DNA of 64,000 nt from Selaginella moellendorffii (lineage: Eukaryota; Plantae; Lycopodiophyta), in the NCBI RefSeq assembly GCF_000143415.4, contig NW_003314319.1, positions 834,365-898,364 of the forward strand. The letters run 5' to 3'. The notes beneath the pieces were generated by a model. The model was not told the origin of the DNA. It made no database searches and worked only from the letters and a program-made list of their open reading frames with translations. Position numbers and translations under genes: made by a program. Of the stretch, positions 49,401 to 61,686 are shown piece after piece (the first letter of the stretch is position 1; each line of letters begins with the position of its first letter).

Positions 49401-52400
49401 ATGCCATAAATGATGACTGGTGTCTGTCCAATCAAATGGCTTCTGATATACCGTTCCATCTGCCATTTGGTTGATTTCTGCAACCACCTCCTGAACTGGC
49501 CGGTTCTCTATCACCATCGCTCCAAGCCGTTTTGCAAGGTCCCCCAGAACATACGGTTTCTTCTCCCTAGTTTTCATACTGCAAGAGATGGGGTGCACTG
49601 CATATGTGTGCGTGTTTGCTGCAGTTTTAATCGGCTTCTCACCTAACTTTGCCATTTGGATTCTTTCCTATGATTTGTATGGCTCTTTTCTTAGCCACTA
49701 GTCTTTTGCTCCTATCCTTGATTGTTGCACCCAGCAACATAGGATTGCTACCTCCATTTTCGAGGTTTCCTTTCGGTTCCATAGCAACACTTTGCTTTGC
49801 CAAGTCCAGAGAGTGTTCACCCCTAGTACGTTTCTTTAACATTTTCTGTTGTGGGCTCTATCCACGGCCCAACTTTTGGGACCCTCCCTTGGATCTCTTG
49901 TAGAGACTACTTTCCTCAGACTTACTATGCCATTGCCTTGACATAGCTTATTTCCCTTAGGTGTTCTTCCCACTTAGTCATCTTGACTAAACCACACCAT
50001 TATCAATAGTTTAAATCAACACTTTTGAACTAGGAACTTTATCCCTTAAACTCACAAGGACTTTTTCCTTGTTTTAGCCATAAGACCACTTAGTGATCTA
50101 ACCTTGGCACCTTAACAGGTTTGCCAATAGGTACTAGGTCTTCCAGACTTTTAAGTTGTTGAGCATGACCTTGGGGGCATCCCCCACACTTGGCGGTGCA
50201 CCCAAGCCAGCCCTTCCGACTAAGGGTCCATAGCAACTGAGACTGGGTGTCCCCATCTCATTCACCACGTCCTTGGTGCCACTGGCACCAAAGTGTTCAA
50301 GTTAGATATACCGAACCACACTAAACAATATAACCGTGCATCACGACTCCAAGGCATCCCTCGTTTGGCTGTGTGCCTAAACCAGTCTCCTTACTGAGAG
50401 TCCATGACCACTGAAAAATGAGTGTCCTTATATTCCAAACCATCACCACACCCTAGTGATTTGGGACTCGAACCCAAGCACTAGAGGGTCGGGACTCGAA
50501 CCCAACCTCCATATATGCATTTACGGATGGCATCGCACAGGATGTTTAGCGTGACTCCCCACTCCGGTGCACCATCTTATACTTAAAGCGCGCTATAGAT
50601 CACAGCTTAGGAACCTAATTCCTCCGCACTGCCAAGTTCTCTCACTTGACAAGTCTGTGATCATGCATGGACTCCTCCATGCTTGGCCCCATGGGCCACC
50701 CCTTTTGAAGTTAGCACCTTCAACTAAGGGATTTGTTCCTTTGACATGCCAATTTTACTTAGCAAGTCATTCGGCCACCGTAACATGGTTCATGCATAAA
50801 CGTGAAAGTCCTTAACCATTGACTTTCATTCAAAACCCTTTCTTTGAACACTCGGGAACTACTTCCCCAACCTCAATAGCCTTGCCTCATGGCCAGCTTC
50901 AAGATCACGCTTCTGTTATGCTACTTTGATTTCACGCGTTCTAGGAACCATTTACACTTGGCTTTCTAGGTACTTATCCACCTAGAATTGTTTTTGGGAA
51001 CCTTTAAAGAACTCTGTTCCTTAGCTTGCTAAGGCTTTGCCTTCGTAAGCTCCTTACTCACCATATGGTCTAACGTGGATAATTCCACGTTTTAGACTCT
51101 CCATGGCATCGCAGTTGCTAGTAGCAACATCCTTGAGCACCCTCTTGATTCTCCACTCCCAACTTGCATAACCACTGTTGGTTATGCCCTTCGATTTCTA
51201 TGGTTCAGTTCCATCCCAATACTACTTGCCTCTTGGCCTCATATGGTTATTTTGGTTATTCTCCTCTAGACTAGGAGGATAGCTTTGCATTTTTTACCAT
51301 GCCTTAACAAGTATTCATAGGGATGAACCTACCCAGTAGCTTAGGGAGTGGTTCCTCAATCTGGGCATGCTCACCTTATAATCCCACACATTGGGATTAA
51401 CGTTGCTATTTATGAGCCTCTATATACCCATCACTAGCCTTGCCAAAATTTCATTTTTGGCTTTGTCCAAATCAGGTAAATGGATTTCTCCCATTTCCAC
51501 AATCTTAGACATTTGGATAGCCCCTCTTATCCATCATTCGCTAGGGACTTAGTCCTTTGGGCCTTATCTAATGCACTTGCTACACCAAACACCACTTCTT
51601 GGTGTTTTAGAGTGTTTGGGTGTCCCAATGATGGCTTTCTTTGGCAATGAGCATTCCCTTTACGACATTGACTTATTATTTCGCAACATAAACAATTTTT
51701 CCCCCATAAGGGTATATCTAACTTCCTTATCCTCATTAAGAAGTCTTAGGTAGCTATCTTCTACCTATTTAACCAATTATCTTGCACCTCTTGCTTAGTT
51801 GCCTTATAGTTGTCAAGTCCTACAACTCATTGCTTGGTGCTTCCACACCTCCATCATTATTTGGGTCACCACACTCTAACCACATACCTTCCAGCTTAGG
51901 CTATGCCATTCCCTTGGTAAAGGATTCCCATGAATCCATCAACATAACCTCAAGGCATCACACCTTGGCCCATTTGGTGTTTCCACACCATTGGCTCCAT
52001 GCGTCTGCATTTATGACACTTTGCACTTGTGTCTAGGTCTTTGCCAAGACCAACCCAGTCGTTTCTCATGCTAACTATCCGTTAGCACTACACCATAATG
52101 TTTGCACACAACTCTGCACCAAAGTTGTTTTTTCTAGGAACACCTTTCCCAAGACTTTAGCATGGCACATTCTGCATCGATGAGATACTCTCTGTTCTCA
52201 TCCTTGGATCCTATGATCCCCCCCCATCATTCGTGGGGTACCACACACCTCAGTCCAAATGCTTCTATCAATCCTTTAGGATTATTCCTTGACTCTATTT
52301 GAGTCCTCCAGCTTTTTGGACTTTGTCATCCGATGACCCATGAGGTCCCACCTTTGAGGTGCCAGCTCACTGGAATACAACTTTTTGTATTCAAGTCCTA

Positions 52401-54730
52401 CTCACAAGGACCATCTTTGCAAATGTTACTCCGACATTTGATTTGTTCTCTTGGGGCAACCTTTTGCCCTTTAGGATCACTTGTCCATGTGATGAGAATA
52501 CTAACTCATCCTCTAAGTACATCCTCAACTCCTTGGGTTGTTCCAGCATTTATTAGAAGTAGCCCTGGATACCATTTCAAAGACTTGTGTCCTCTTCCGT
52601 ATTTGACCTTCCACGGTAATTAATTCCAGTCTCAAATTCATTAGCACCAGCCTCAACTATATAAGGGTAATCTTGTGACTCCTTTATCGTTTTGGAGTCT
52701 ATATCTTCCCTGCAATCCCAACTATAGTTGTTTACCACAACTATGTTAGCCCGTTTGCTGAGTCAAACGCTCATCTAGATCACATCCTCAACTCAATGAG
52801 GAAAACCTTGCACTGTTCCCAAGATCCCAAAGTCGTTCCATTATTAGCCTTTTTCTATTCACCACCTCACACCCAAGTTCACGCATGAACTTGAGTGGAG
52901 AGCCATGTCCTCTCGATATGCTACTCCTCACGGATAGGCCCACTCCTAGGACCTTCCGATGCCAACATCAATGGCGATATACTTGAGCACCAATAAAAGT
53001 CGGACTAAGGAACAACTCCGATACCAAATTGTAAGTGACTAATTATTTCCATTCTACTATAGTCACTTAACCGCACCTCCGACCACTTGGAGGAGTCTCA
53101 TTCATAACCTCTATAAGTCCCACTCAGGACTTGGGGCTTGCTAGCCCCGAGAATGGCATCCATGCCACTCAACCTTTGCACTTGGTTCAAGTGCTCCACG
53201 TGTCTGGTCCTATGACTGACACCCCAAGGCACCACCAACATACCGGCCCGTTACACTAGGCCATGCCCAATCACCTTGGTCACATCGGTGGTCCAACACC
53301 ACTTGCATTGCAATCCCATCTCTCCAAGACTGGGCCATCCATCCATGAGTGGTCATCTTAGATCCACTCCTTAGCATCCTTAGGATGCCCACAGACATGG
53401 GGAATAGCCTTCCCCAATATTTCCTTTTTGGTCCCCACCAAGTCCCTCTCTGTCCTTGGCTGAGTTCGCCAACACTACCACTGGATCAAGGCCCACAGGC
53501 CTGACCACTAAGTCCCACGGTCCTCTAGGACTTCCTCACCACACGACTGTATCCTTGGTCACTACACTAAAGGACTACTCCTCTTCCTTTCCACAATCTG
53601 GGCCTTTGGGACAACATTTAGGAACACTGTGGCCTTACGCAAGCCTCATGGGTACTCTCCCCGCCTTCCGCCTTTGGGTGCTCTAGCCATGGGCTTAGAG
53701 CGAGGTTCTATTGAGCCACGCATGGTATCCAAGTAGGTAGTGCTACCCACACTTGGACTGGGAGCATCGGCCAATCGATCTTCTGGGGGAACTAGAGCTG
53801 CCTCTTGAACACTTCACCAAGCTACCTTGCTTATCGGTATGTGTTCACTCTAGTCTTGGACTTCCCAGTGGGCAGCTCATCACCCAACACTGGGTACAGC
53901 CTTCTTGGGCCAAATTGGCCTTTCCTAGCCAAACTAGCTCCACTGCAGTCCTCCCCCTACTATACTTTTGGAGCTCACCAAACCCCCCAGGGTCTGGGAG
54001 ATGAACGCTTTGGGCTTTCACCCTCTAAGACTCGAACTCGGACTCGGACTCAGACTCGGCCTCGGGCTCGGACTCGGACTCGGCCTCGGGCTCGGACTCG
54101 AGCTCGGGCTCAGTCTCGGTCCCGGTCCTGGTCTCGGTCTCGACCTCGAACTCCATCTTGGGTCCTTCTCAGACTCCATCTTGGATCCCATCTCGGACTC
54201 CATCTTGGACTCCATCTCGGACTCCGTCTCAGTCCATCTCGGACTCCATCTCGGACTCCATCTTGGGTCCATCTCGGACTCCATCTCGGGTCCATCTCGG
54301 ACTCCATCTCGGACTCCATTTCGGACTCCATCGCGGGTCCATCTCGGACTCCATCTCGGACTCCATCTTGGATCCATCTCGGACTTCATTTCAGACTCCG
54401 TCTTGGTTCATCTCAAACTCCATCTCAGACTCCAACTCGGGTCCATCTCGGACTCCATCTCGGACTCTATCTTGGATCCATCTCGGACTCCATCTCGGAC
54501 TCCGTCTTGGTCCATCTTGGACTCCATCTCAGACTCATCCACGTGTCACGTGTTGGTCCTTTCGGGTCCCTTTTTGGAGCCTCGCTTATTGCTTGCTTCC
54601 TACTCGTTCCTCGAGCCCTTCGCTGGGAGTTCCACTCCCGCTCTTGGCCTTTCAAATCAGAGCTTTCGGTCCAAACGTGTTACACTCATTTGGCTTTCGC
54701 TTCGGCCACTACCACGTGGCACCCTTCCGG
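46491..54730 (-). mobile_element. LTR retroelement family B copy 2 (non-coding, LARD-like). 3' LTR 46491-48128; 5' LTR 53030-54730 lacks its terminal ~35 bp
   Basis: PPT at 48129-48140; PBS TGGTATCGGAG at ~53016-53026; no long internal ORF. Confidence 0.9.
48764..49635 (+). mobile_element. Truncated left end (872 bp) of a second copy of the Sola-like transposon
   Basis: Starts AAGCTCTATTTCGTTAAAGTGG and is near-identical to 25273-26144, including the 3' end of the HAD exon. Confidence 0.93.
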
Positions 54731-54910
54731 ATCTACCCTAGGTGCTGAGGAATGAGCTGAGCCAAGGCGGCTAGTGGTGGGGGGATCTTGGTGATCTACC
54801 CTAGGTGCTAGACATGCTTGGGCCATGGCGCCTTCCTTATTTGGCATGAACTGGAAGCATGGCATCTCCGCTGTCACAAGGACGGGCATCTAGCCATGAA
54901 GGGGACTTGA

Positions 54911-55420
54911 ATGCTCCACTCCCACTCAAGGAAAGGGAGGATGCATTTGATTGGCTGTTTAAGGAACCACGATGAGAGGCTGTTGGAGAATGCTGACAAC
55001 GAGCATCTGGCTGCAGCCATGGTTGCACTCTTGAAGGACCTCCAAGTCACACAACGATTGGGCAAACTGTCAGCAGTAGTGGGAAATGTTATAATGAGAA
55101 AGGAGCTTTTCTGCCCAGAAGTTTCACCATCGGCTCGTGTCAAGTATCCTATATACAAAATGGGAGAAGACTTTGAGCTCTATCTAGAGATTTTCAAGTG
55201 TGCAGCACACAACAACAAGTGGCAGGGAGAGAGATTATGCATGGCTCTAGAAGGGGAAGCACAACAATTTTTTATGGCCCATCAGAGTGGAGTTGAAGAG
55301 GAATCTTGGGAGGAGGCAATTCAACATCGCCACCACCTCTTCCAGCTTGGACAGCCTGCTGAACGTGCCTTCCTCATGATGAGGGATCGCAAATTCAAGA
55401 GAGGTGAGTCTGTGCAATAG
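54911..55420 (+). pseudogene. Retrotransposon gag-like remnant of element D
   Basis: YPIYKMGEDFELYLEIFKCAAHNNKW...LCMALEGEAQQFF...SWEEA...R.FKRGESVQ has the pattern of a gag capsid domain. Confidence 0.6.
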
Positions 55421-56176
55421 TACTAGGCAGCATTGATTTGGGCAGCTAGGATGCTAAACAGTGACGCAGCAATGGCTGAGGGTATGGCAAAGTAGACATT
55501 CTATATAAAAAATGAGGTAAGATTACAAGGGGAAACATGTGGAAGTGTTTCCATTTTATCAGAGGGAAGAACTACTAAACCTGTAGCGAGCCTGTAGAAC
55601 AAAGTGAGGCAGAACACATGGAGGGATGACTCGGCAAGGAGATTTGATGTGGCAAGGAGGGGTTTGTTACATAGGATCGGGTGGCAGATTAGCAGGGACT
55701 TCTTGGGATGCAGCAGGGCAGCGATAAAGGACATGGCGGGAGCTAGGGCTTGGGGGGAGGATTGGCTTGGGAACGGCACAACAAGCAAGGGCCATCAAGA
55801 TTTTAGCACAATAAGGGCTTTGACCGAGTGTGGACTCCAATAAGCCTCGCCCGGGCAAACGCTACACATGTGACTGTCACCGTCATTTTCTGTGCAGTGA
55901 CGGTGATAAAATGATGGTGGCACTATACATGTAACCATCATCCATGTCAGACTATTCTAGAATATTCTAAAGTCAAGTTATGCTGATTTGTCATTGATCA
56001 ATGTCACATCATTAGGGTTCAGGTGGGATGAACAAGGCAATGGCTATGGTTTCTATGGTTGTTGCAACTGTTGCTGCAGTTGATCAGTTGGTTGTTGCTT
56101 ATAGAAGATCAAAAGGCGTTTTAGAGAAGATCTTGAGGATGAGAGGCTTGAAGTTGCTCTTCAACAACAATCAATG

Positions 56177-56570
56177 TGTGAGACACCACATCCCTAGGCC
56201 CAAAGTGGAGTCGAAAGGGTGCCACATGGTAGTGGTCGAAGTGAAAGCCAAACGAGCATAACACGTTTGGACTAAAAGCTCCAACTTCAAAGGTCAAGAT
56301 CGAGAGTGGAACTCCCAATGAAGTTCTTGAAGAACAAGTACGAAGCAAGCAATAAGTGAGTCTCTAGAAAAGGGACACAAGAGGACCAAAACATGACATG
56401 AGATGGAGTCCGAGATGGACTTGAGATGGAGTCCGAGATGGAGTACGAGATGGACTGAGATGAACCAAAACGGAGTTCGAGATGGAGTCCAAGATGGAGT
56501 CCGAGATGGACCCGAGATGGAGTCTGAGATGGACCGAGATGGAGTCCGAGATGGACTCGAAATGGAGACT
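56177..56570 (+). mobile_element. Truncated LTR-B fragment in the opposite orientation
   Basis: TGTGAGACACC...; reverse complement of LTR-B ends, with a GAGATGGAGTCC array. Confidence 0.88.
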
Positions 56571-56599
56571 TGTAGTGCCGGCTCAGCGGGTCACCGAGG

Positions 56600-58790
56600 G
56601 CGTTTACAAATCGTTGCAGCTTGTGCATGCCAATGTATCCCATAGCACTGGACGATTGTAAAGTTAGTTCCACAAGGACTTGAACGTAAGTAAGTGGCTT
56701 ACTTGGGATCGAATGGTTCTTGGCTCCACAAGTTTCGATATGCTAACAGGTGCTCCGGCATAACCATAGAGTTCTCGTTCAAAAGGCCGAAGGTTACAGC
56801 ATCCAGTATGACAGCCACGAACAAGTTCATGAATATGTGACTCCCGACCAAGACCAAGAAGGTGAAGAAGATAGTCCCGCCCTCTGGATAGCCACAATCA
56901 TCACCGAGTAGTGTTTTACCGTTGGTGCAGGCAGGTGCATCAATTGTGGTATCCATCATAACGCAAGACCAGTTAATGAAAGCGTTGACGAAAGTGCGAA
57001 AGTTGACAGACGGGCCAATGCAGGTCCCTTCCTTCATTGCACTGAAGAGTTGGAAAGCCATCCCCGCAAACATATACATGAAAATTGCGAGAAGAACAAG
57101 TATCTCAGCTACAGTTGGCAAACAGATGAACATTGTTCGCATAATAACCCGCACTCTCACTACGTGAGGAATGATGCAAAAAACTTGAGCAATGTAGGCA
57201 GTGTGGCCGACATAGCCCCTCACCGTTCCCTTCTTTCCCAAGAGACCAATGGCGGCCATTATGGAGAGTCCAAACGTCATCTGCCGTGCAACCTCATTCT
57301 TATAGACCTTCCACTGGAGAAAGGAAAAACCAGGTGGTCAAACAAAAAACAATCGAGAAAACGATGAATGAGGTACCTCGTCGCCAAGGAACTCCATCAC
57401 GGATTCGAGCAGGAAATATGTTGTAATCGCACAGTGAGCCATCTGACACCGGTCCGAAACAACTGCCGACTGGCCAGCATAGTTAGTCGCAAGTAGCCCA
57501 GAGTAGCCAAGGAGTGCGAGGATCATGCACTTTTGATATGTCAGATTGCGAATCAAGTAGAAGCACATCCCCCGGATGGGATTGCTTGGTCGTCGAGCCA
57601 GCGGAATAGCATAAGTTTTCTGGATGATACGGTTCATGTCCCTCCACAGCTTCTGCCTCTCTGTGAGAAGAACTGCTCCAGAATTTTTTCCGAACTCGTT
57701 CATAAACACCCCGATGAAAACTTTGACGATATAAAATCCCCCGATACAGCAGAATGCCACGAAAAACAAGGCATTGACAGGACTTGCGTTCCGAACAGGC
57801 TGGTGGTCTTCCCTAGTGATGTCCATGACAGGATACATGAAGTGCATCAGCCAGTTGTCGAAAGTGGAGCAGGCGAACATACTGAGGAGGGCATTCTGGA
57901 TGTCGTCGAAGTGGAAAACGTTATTAACCCAGGCTCGGGGAGCAAGGATGCCGATGTCATTAACATAGAGGCCGGTACAATATGCTCGGTTCATATTGTC
58001 GGGTCATTGCATTATTATATTTCACAGGTAATTCGATAATAATGACCTCAGTCCTGTAAACCGAACCACGAAACGAAATGACCGAAGAGAAGTAAACGCA
58101 CCGACGGTTGGTATGGAAGCTTCATCCTCAGCATTATACTTCAGAAGAATAAGCGCATCGGTGACGAGAATAAACAAGTCCAAGATGTTGTACCAGTCAC
58201 TCAGGTATGCGTCTGGCACAAAATAAGTCCCTGTGCAACGATCTTCATCAAACAGTCTAGCAAAAAGACCTGCTCCAAAACAATGTACAATGTCGAGCAA
58301 AATAAGATAAGCATGTGCTCACCACAAAGTTGATCTTCTGCAGACTCCAGATGAAATCGGGGACAATTTTTGGACTGCTGAGAATCTCGTCCAGAGTTAT
58401 CACGGCATCTTGAAGTGCGGTTCTTGAACCCCTCCTTTCACCGATATTAGACGGAAAACCAGAAACCTGTAAAACTTGGGAAGAACGCCTGTGACGCGAC
58501 AGCGGTGCTTCAGAAGACTCTGCAGCTGGAACGACCGATGGTGGGGCCTCTAAAGCGGATCCAGTAAGACCCCCATTTTTGCAAAATACTTCTTCGAAGA
58601 GTAAAACCACCGCATAATTTTTATTGATGTTAAATTTGGAAACGAATGAGAACTGAGTGCCACAATAGATGTGAAAACAACTATCAAGTTCAGCAAATTC
58701 ATTCCTGAAAATTTCAGGATCAGACCAGAAGACAACATGAACAAAGAACTCACCATCGTCAAGAAAATCGATAGGACCATATGCTAGAAA
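56600..58790 (-). pseudogene. Four-domain voltage-gated cation channel (Cav/Nav/NALCN/Cch1-like) remnant, end of domain II through domain IV
   Basis: YLSDWYNILDLFIL, LRSFRFVVRF (S4), HFDDIQNALLSMFACSTFDNW (pore), VFIGVFMNEF...LLTERQKLW (III-IV linker) and NFRTF...CG...MNLFVAVILD. Segments are missing and frames shift. Confidence 0.8.
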
Positions 58791-58804
58791 GCGCAGCAGA
58801 AGTT

Positions 58805-61686
58805 CCTAACCAAATAACATACTAAAAAAAATGAAAGAAGAAGCCATTTTAGTCGTCTTCCGATTCCGAATCATCTTCCATCCTTCATCGATACTAAACT
58901 CCTTAACAGCTTGATTTGGTTCCTCAAAAGCTTCTTGTAGATCCAAAATCCTCTTCCAATGAGGCTCCAACTCCAGCTTGTCTATATCAATCTCTAGCAT
59001 CCTCAAACCTTCACTCTCCAGCTTTTGAGCAACCCACAAGTTTGTGTGAATGTAAACCAGCTTCTCAGCATTTGTGGGAAGCAAGTGGGACCTATGCTTT
59101 GTTTGTATCAAGCTCCATGAGCTCTAATTCCTCTCGCATGGAAAAGCGCAAACAACTTGGCTTAAAATCCGGAGAGCCATGCGACGTAGATCAGGCATCT
59201 CTAAACCAAAAGAACTCCACCAGGTTACTGGAAACTTTCTAGTTTCCCGATCTTTGGCAATAGGTAACCTTATTTGCTGTCCAAGCTGTTGCCGAAACCT
59301 CTCAAACTGTGCCTGCAATCTCAGCTGCAAGTCCAGATCACCTCCACTATAAACATGCATGTACTCCAGCCAGTTCCCGCATGCCTCATTGTCCAGCTTG
59401 TCGTTCTCCGGGTTATCCCCCAGAAACAGAGGATGAAGAGCAAAAGCAGCTCCATGAATGACGTTGTGCATTTGATACCACCTTGCCTCCTTCAGACCAT
59501 GTGATTCAAGTAGGAAATCCTTGATTTGTCCCACTTCCTCATGTGCATAAATTCCGTTTCGAGCTCCCTCATCCATCTTCTCGATCAGCCGATCAACAGC
59601 TTCAAAGATGAGGCTTGAAGTCGCCCCCTCCCGATCAGCGAGCCGAAGAACTCAAAGTAAAGGTCCGAGCAAAATGCAACAGATGCCCATCATAGTTGCC
59701 ATCATAGTTGCATTTGCTGCAGCAAGCCGCACAGGGTTCAGGGGGCCCAGCAGAATCTATGGTGGCAAGCACAGAGAACTGGTCCAGTGCTGGGACAAGC
59801 AGAGCAGCAAAATGCAGATCCTCTGATGGAAATTTGGTGACATTTTTTGATACTGCTTCGGCTGAGGCACTAGATGATGCTGTTGCAGAGTTCTTCTTTG
59901 CCGAGAACATCTCCTTCAACACAATCCAAAGAGACAACTTGAAGAGAATGCTGAAAGTTGCCGCAAAAGTGGGGCGTCCAATGATTGACAACCTCATGGG
60001 ATATGAGAAGTTGCGGATAACTGAGCTACAGCGAATCTACAACAACGTTCAGAAGCAGCTTGAAGATGTGCAGCTAAGTTGGAGGACATATGGTTGTACC
60101 ATTGTCACGAATGGCTGGTCTGATATCAAGAAGCGGTCTTTTATCAACTTCATGGTCAGTTCTGTGAGAGGCTCAATTTTCCTGAAGGCTGTGGACAGCA
60201 AGAATGCGAAAAAAACCAGAGCATGGTTGTTTGAGCAGCTGAAACAAGTGATTGCCGAGGTTGGCACGGAAAACGTTGTGCAGGTGGTGACGGACAATGC
60301 AAGCAACTGCGTGGTCATGGGGGAGCTTTTGCAGCAGGAGTTTCCACAGATTGTACACGTTCGCTGCATTTGCCACATTATGGACTTGCTGTTCGAAGAT
60401 ATTGGAGCTCTGTCTTGGGTGCAGCCTTTCGTCAATGGCTGTGCAAAGACAACTCCTTCATCACCTCAAAGCCACGGGTTCTAACTCTTTATAGAACTTT
60501 CTGCAAACAGGATCTGATAAAGCCTGTGACCACGAGGTTTGCTTATATTTCTCGTGATGTCTCAGCTTCTGGAGACCACGAATCTCTCTGGGCTTCGAAG
60601 AATGGTGGTGAGCCAAGAATGAGAGCGACTTGACTGGTCTAAGAAGCCGGAGGGCCTGGAGTTGCAATCTTGTGTTCTCGATGACTCGTTCTGGGAGTGG
60701 TGCGAGAATTTGTTAATTTTGCTCGGACCTTTACTTTGAGTTCTTCGGCTCGCTGATCGGGAGGGGGCGACTTCAAGCCTCATCTTTGAAGCTGTTGATC
60801 GGCTGATCGAGAAGATGGATGAGGGAGCTCGAAACAGAATTTATGCACATGAGGAAGTGGGACAAATCAAGGATTTCCTACTTGAATCACATGGTCTGAA
60901 GGAGGCAAGGTGGTTTCAAATGCACAACGTCATTCATGGAGCTGCTTTTGCTCTTCATCCTCTGTTTCTGGGGGATAACCCGGAGAACGACAAGCTGGAC
61001 AATGAGGCATGCGGGAACTGGCTGGAGTACATGCATGTTTTCAGTGGAGGTGATCTGGACTTGTAGCATAGATTGCAGGCACAGTTTGAGAGGTTTTGGC
61101 AACAGCTTGGAAGGCAAATAAGGTTACCTGTTGCCAAAGATTGGGAGACTAGAAAGTTTCCAGTAACCTGGTGGAGTTCTTTTGGTTTAGAGATGCCTGA
61201 TCTACGTCGCATGGCTCTCTGGATTTTAAGCCAAGTTGTTTGTGCTTCTCCATGTGAGAGGAATTAGAGCACATGGAGCTTGATACAAACAAAGCATAGG
61301 TCCCGCTTGCTTCCCACAAATGCTGAGAAGCTGGTTTACATTCACACAAACTTGTGGGTTGCTCAGAAGCTGGAGAGTGAAGGTTTGAGGATGCTGGAGA
61401 TTGATATAGACAAGCTGGAGTTGGAGCCTCATTGGAAGAGGATTTTGGATCTGCAAGAAGCTTTTGAGGAACCAAATCAGAAGACGACTAAAACTTGTTC
61501 TTTCATTTGTTTTAGTATGTTATTTGGTTAGGTTTTATAAACTTAATATCAGATTAAAGTGTCTTTAGTAAATATTAGTGTTTTCTTAATCATTTTAGGC
61601 TTTAACATGTAAATGTGAAAAAAACGTTTTAAACGGCGTTTAAACGTCGACCCGTTGGAACGTTTGCACGTCTAGCTGCAACTATG
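58805..61686 (+). mobile_element. Decayed hAT transposon (DUF659 plus C-terminal dimerisation domain), rearranged into an inverted duplication; right terminus ...GCAACTATG at 61686
   Basis: GCTIVTNGWSD...INF, ENVVQVVTDNASN, C.CH.MDLLFEDIG and WWSSFG..PDLRRMAL.ILSQ....PCERN*...R.RL...AEKLVYIHTNL; subterminal AAACG repeats. Confidence 0.88.

Larger units (their letters stand above)
45915..55866 (+). mobile_element. Small LTR element family D (LTRs 45915-~46212 and 55582-55866, ~290 bp) with tRNA-Ala PBS and a gag remnant, interrupted by B copy 2
   Basis: Both repeats start TGTAGC and the second ends GCTACA. TGGTGGAGATG at 46213-46223 is complementary to the tRNA-Ala 3' end (CATCTCCACCA). No TSD or clear PPT found. 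Confidence 0.65.

Noticed and set aside
56177-56570. Inverted missing end of B copy 1
   Set aside because: The flank CAATG does not match the CATTC expected from the GAATG flank at 14639-14643.
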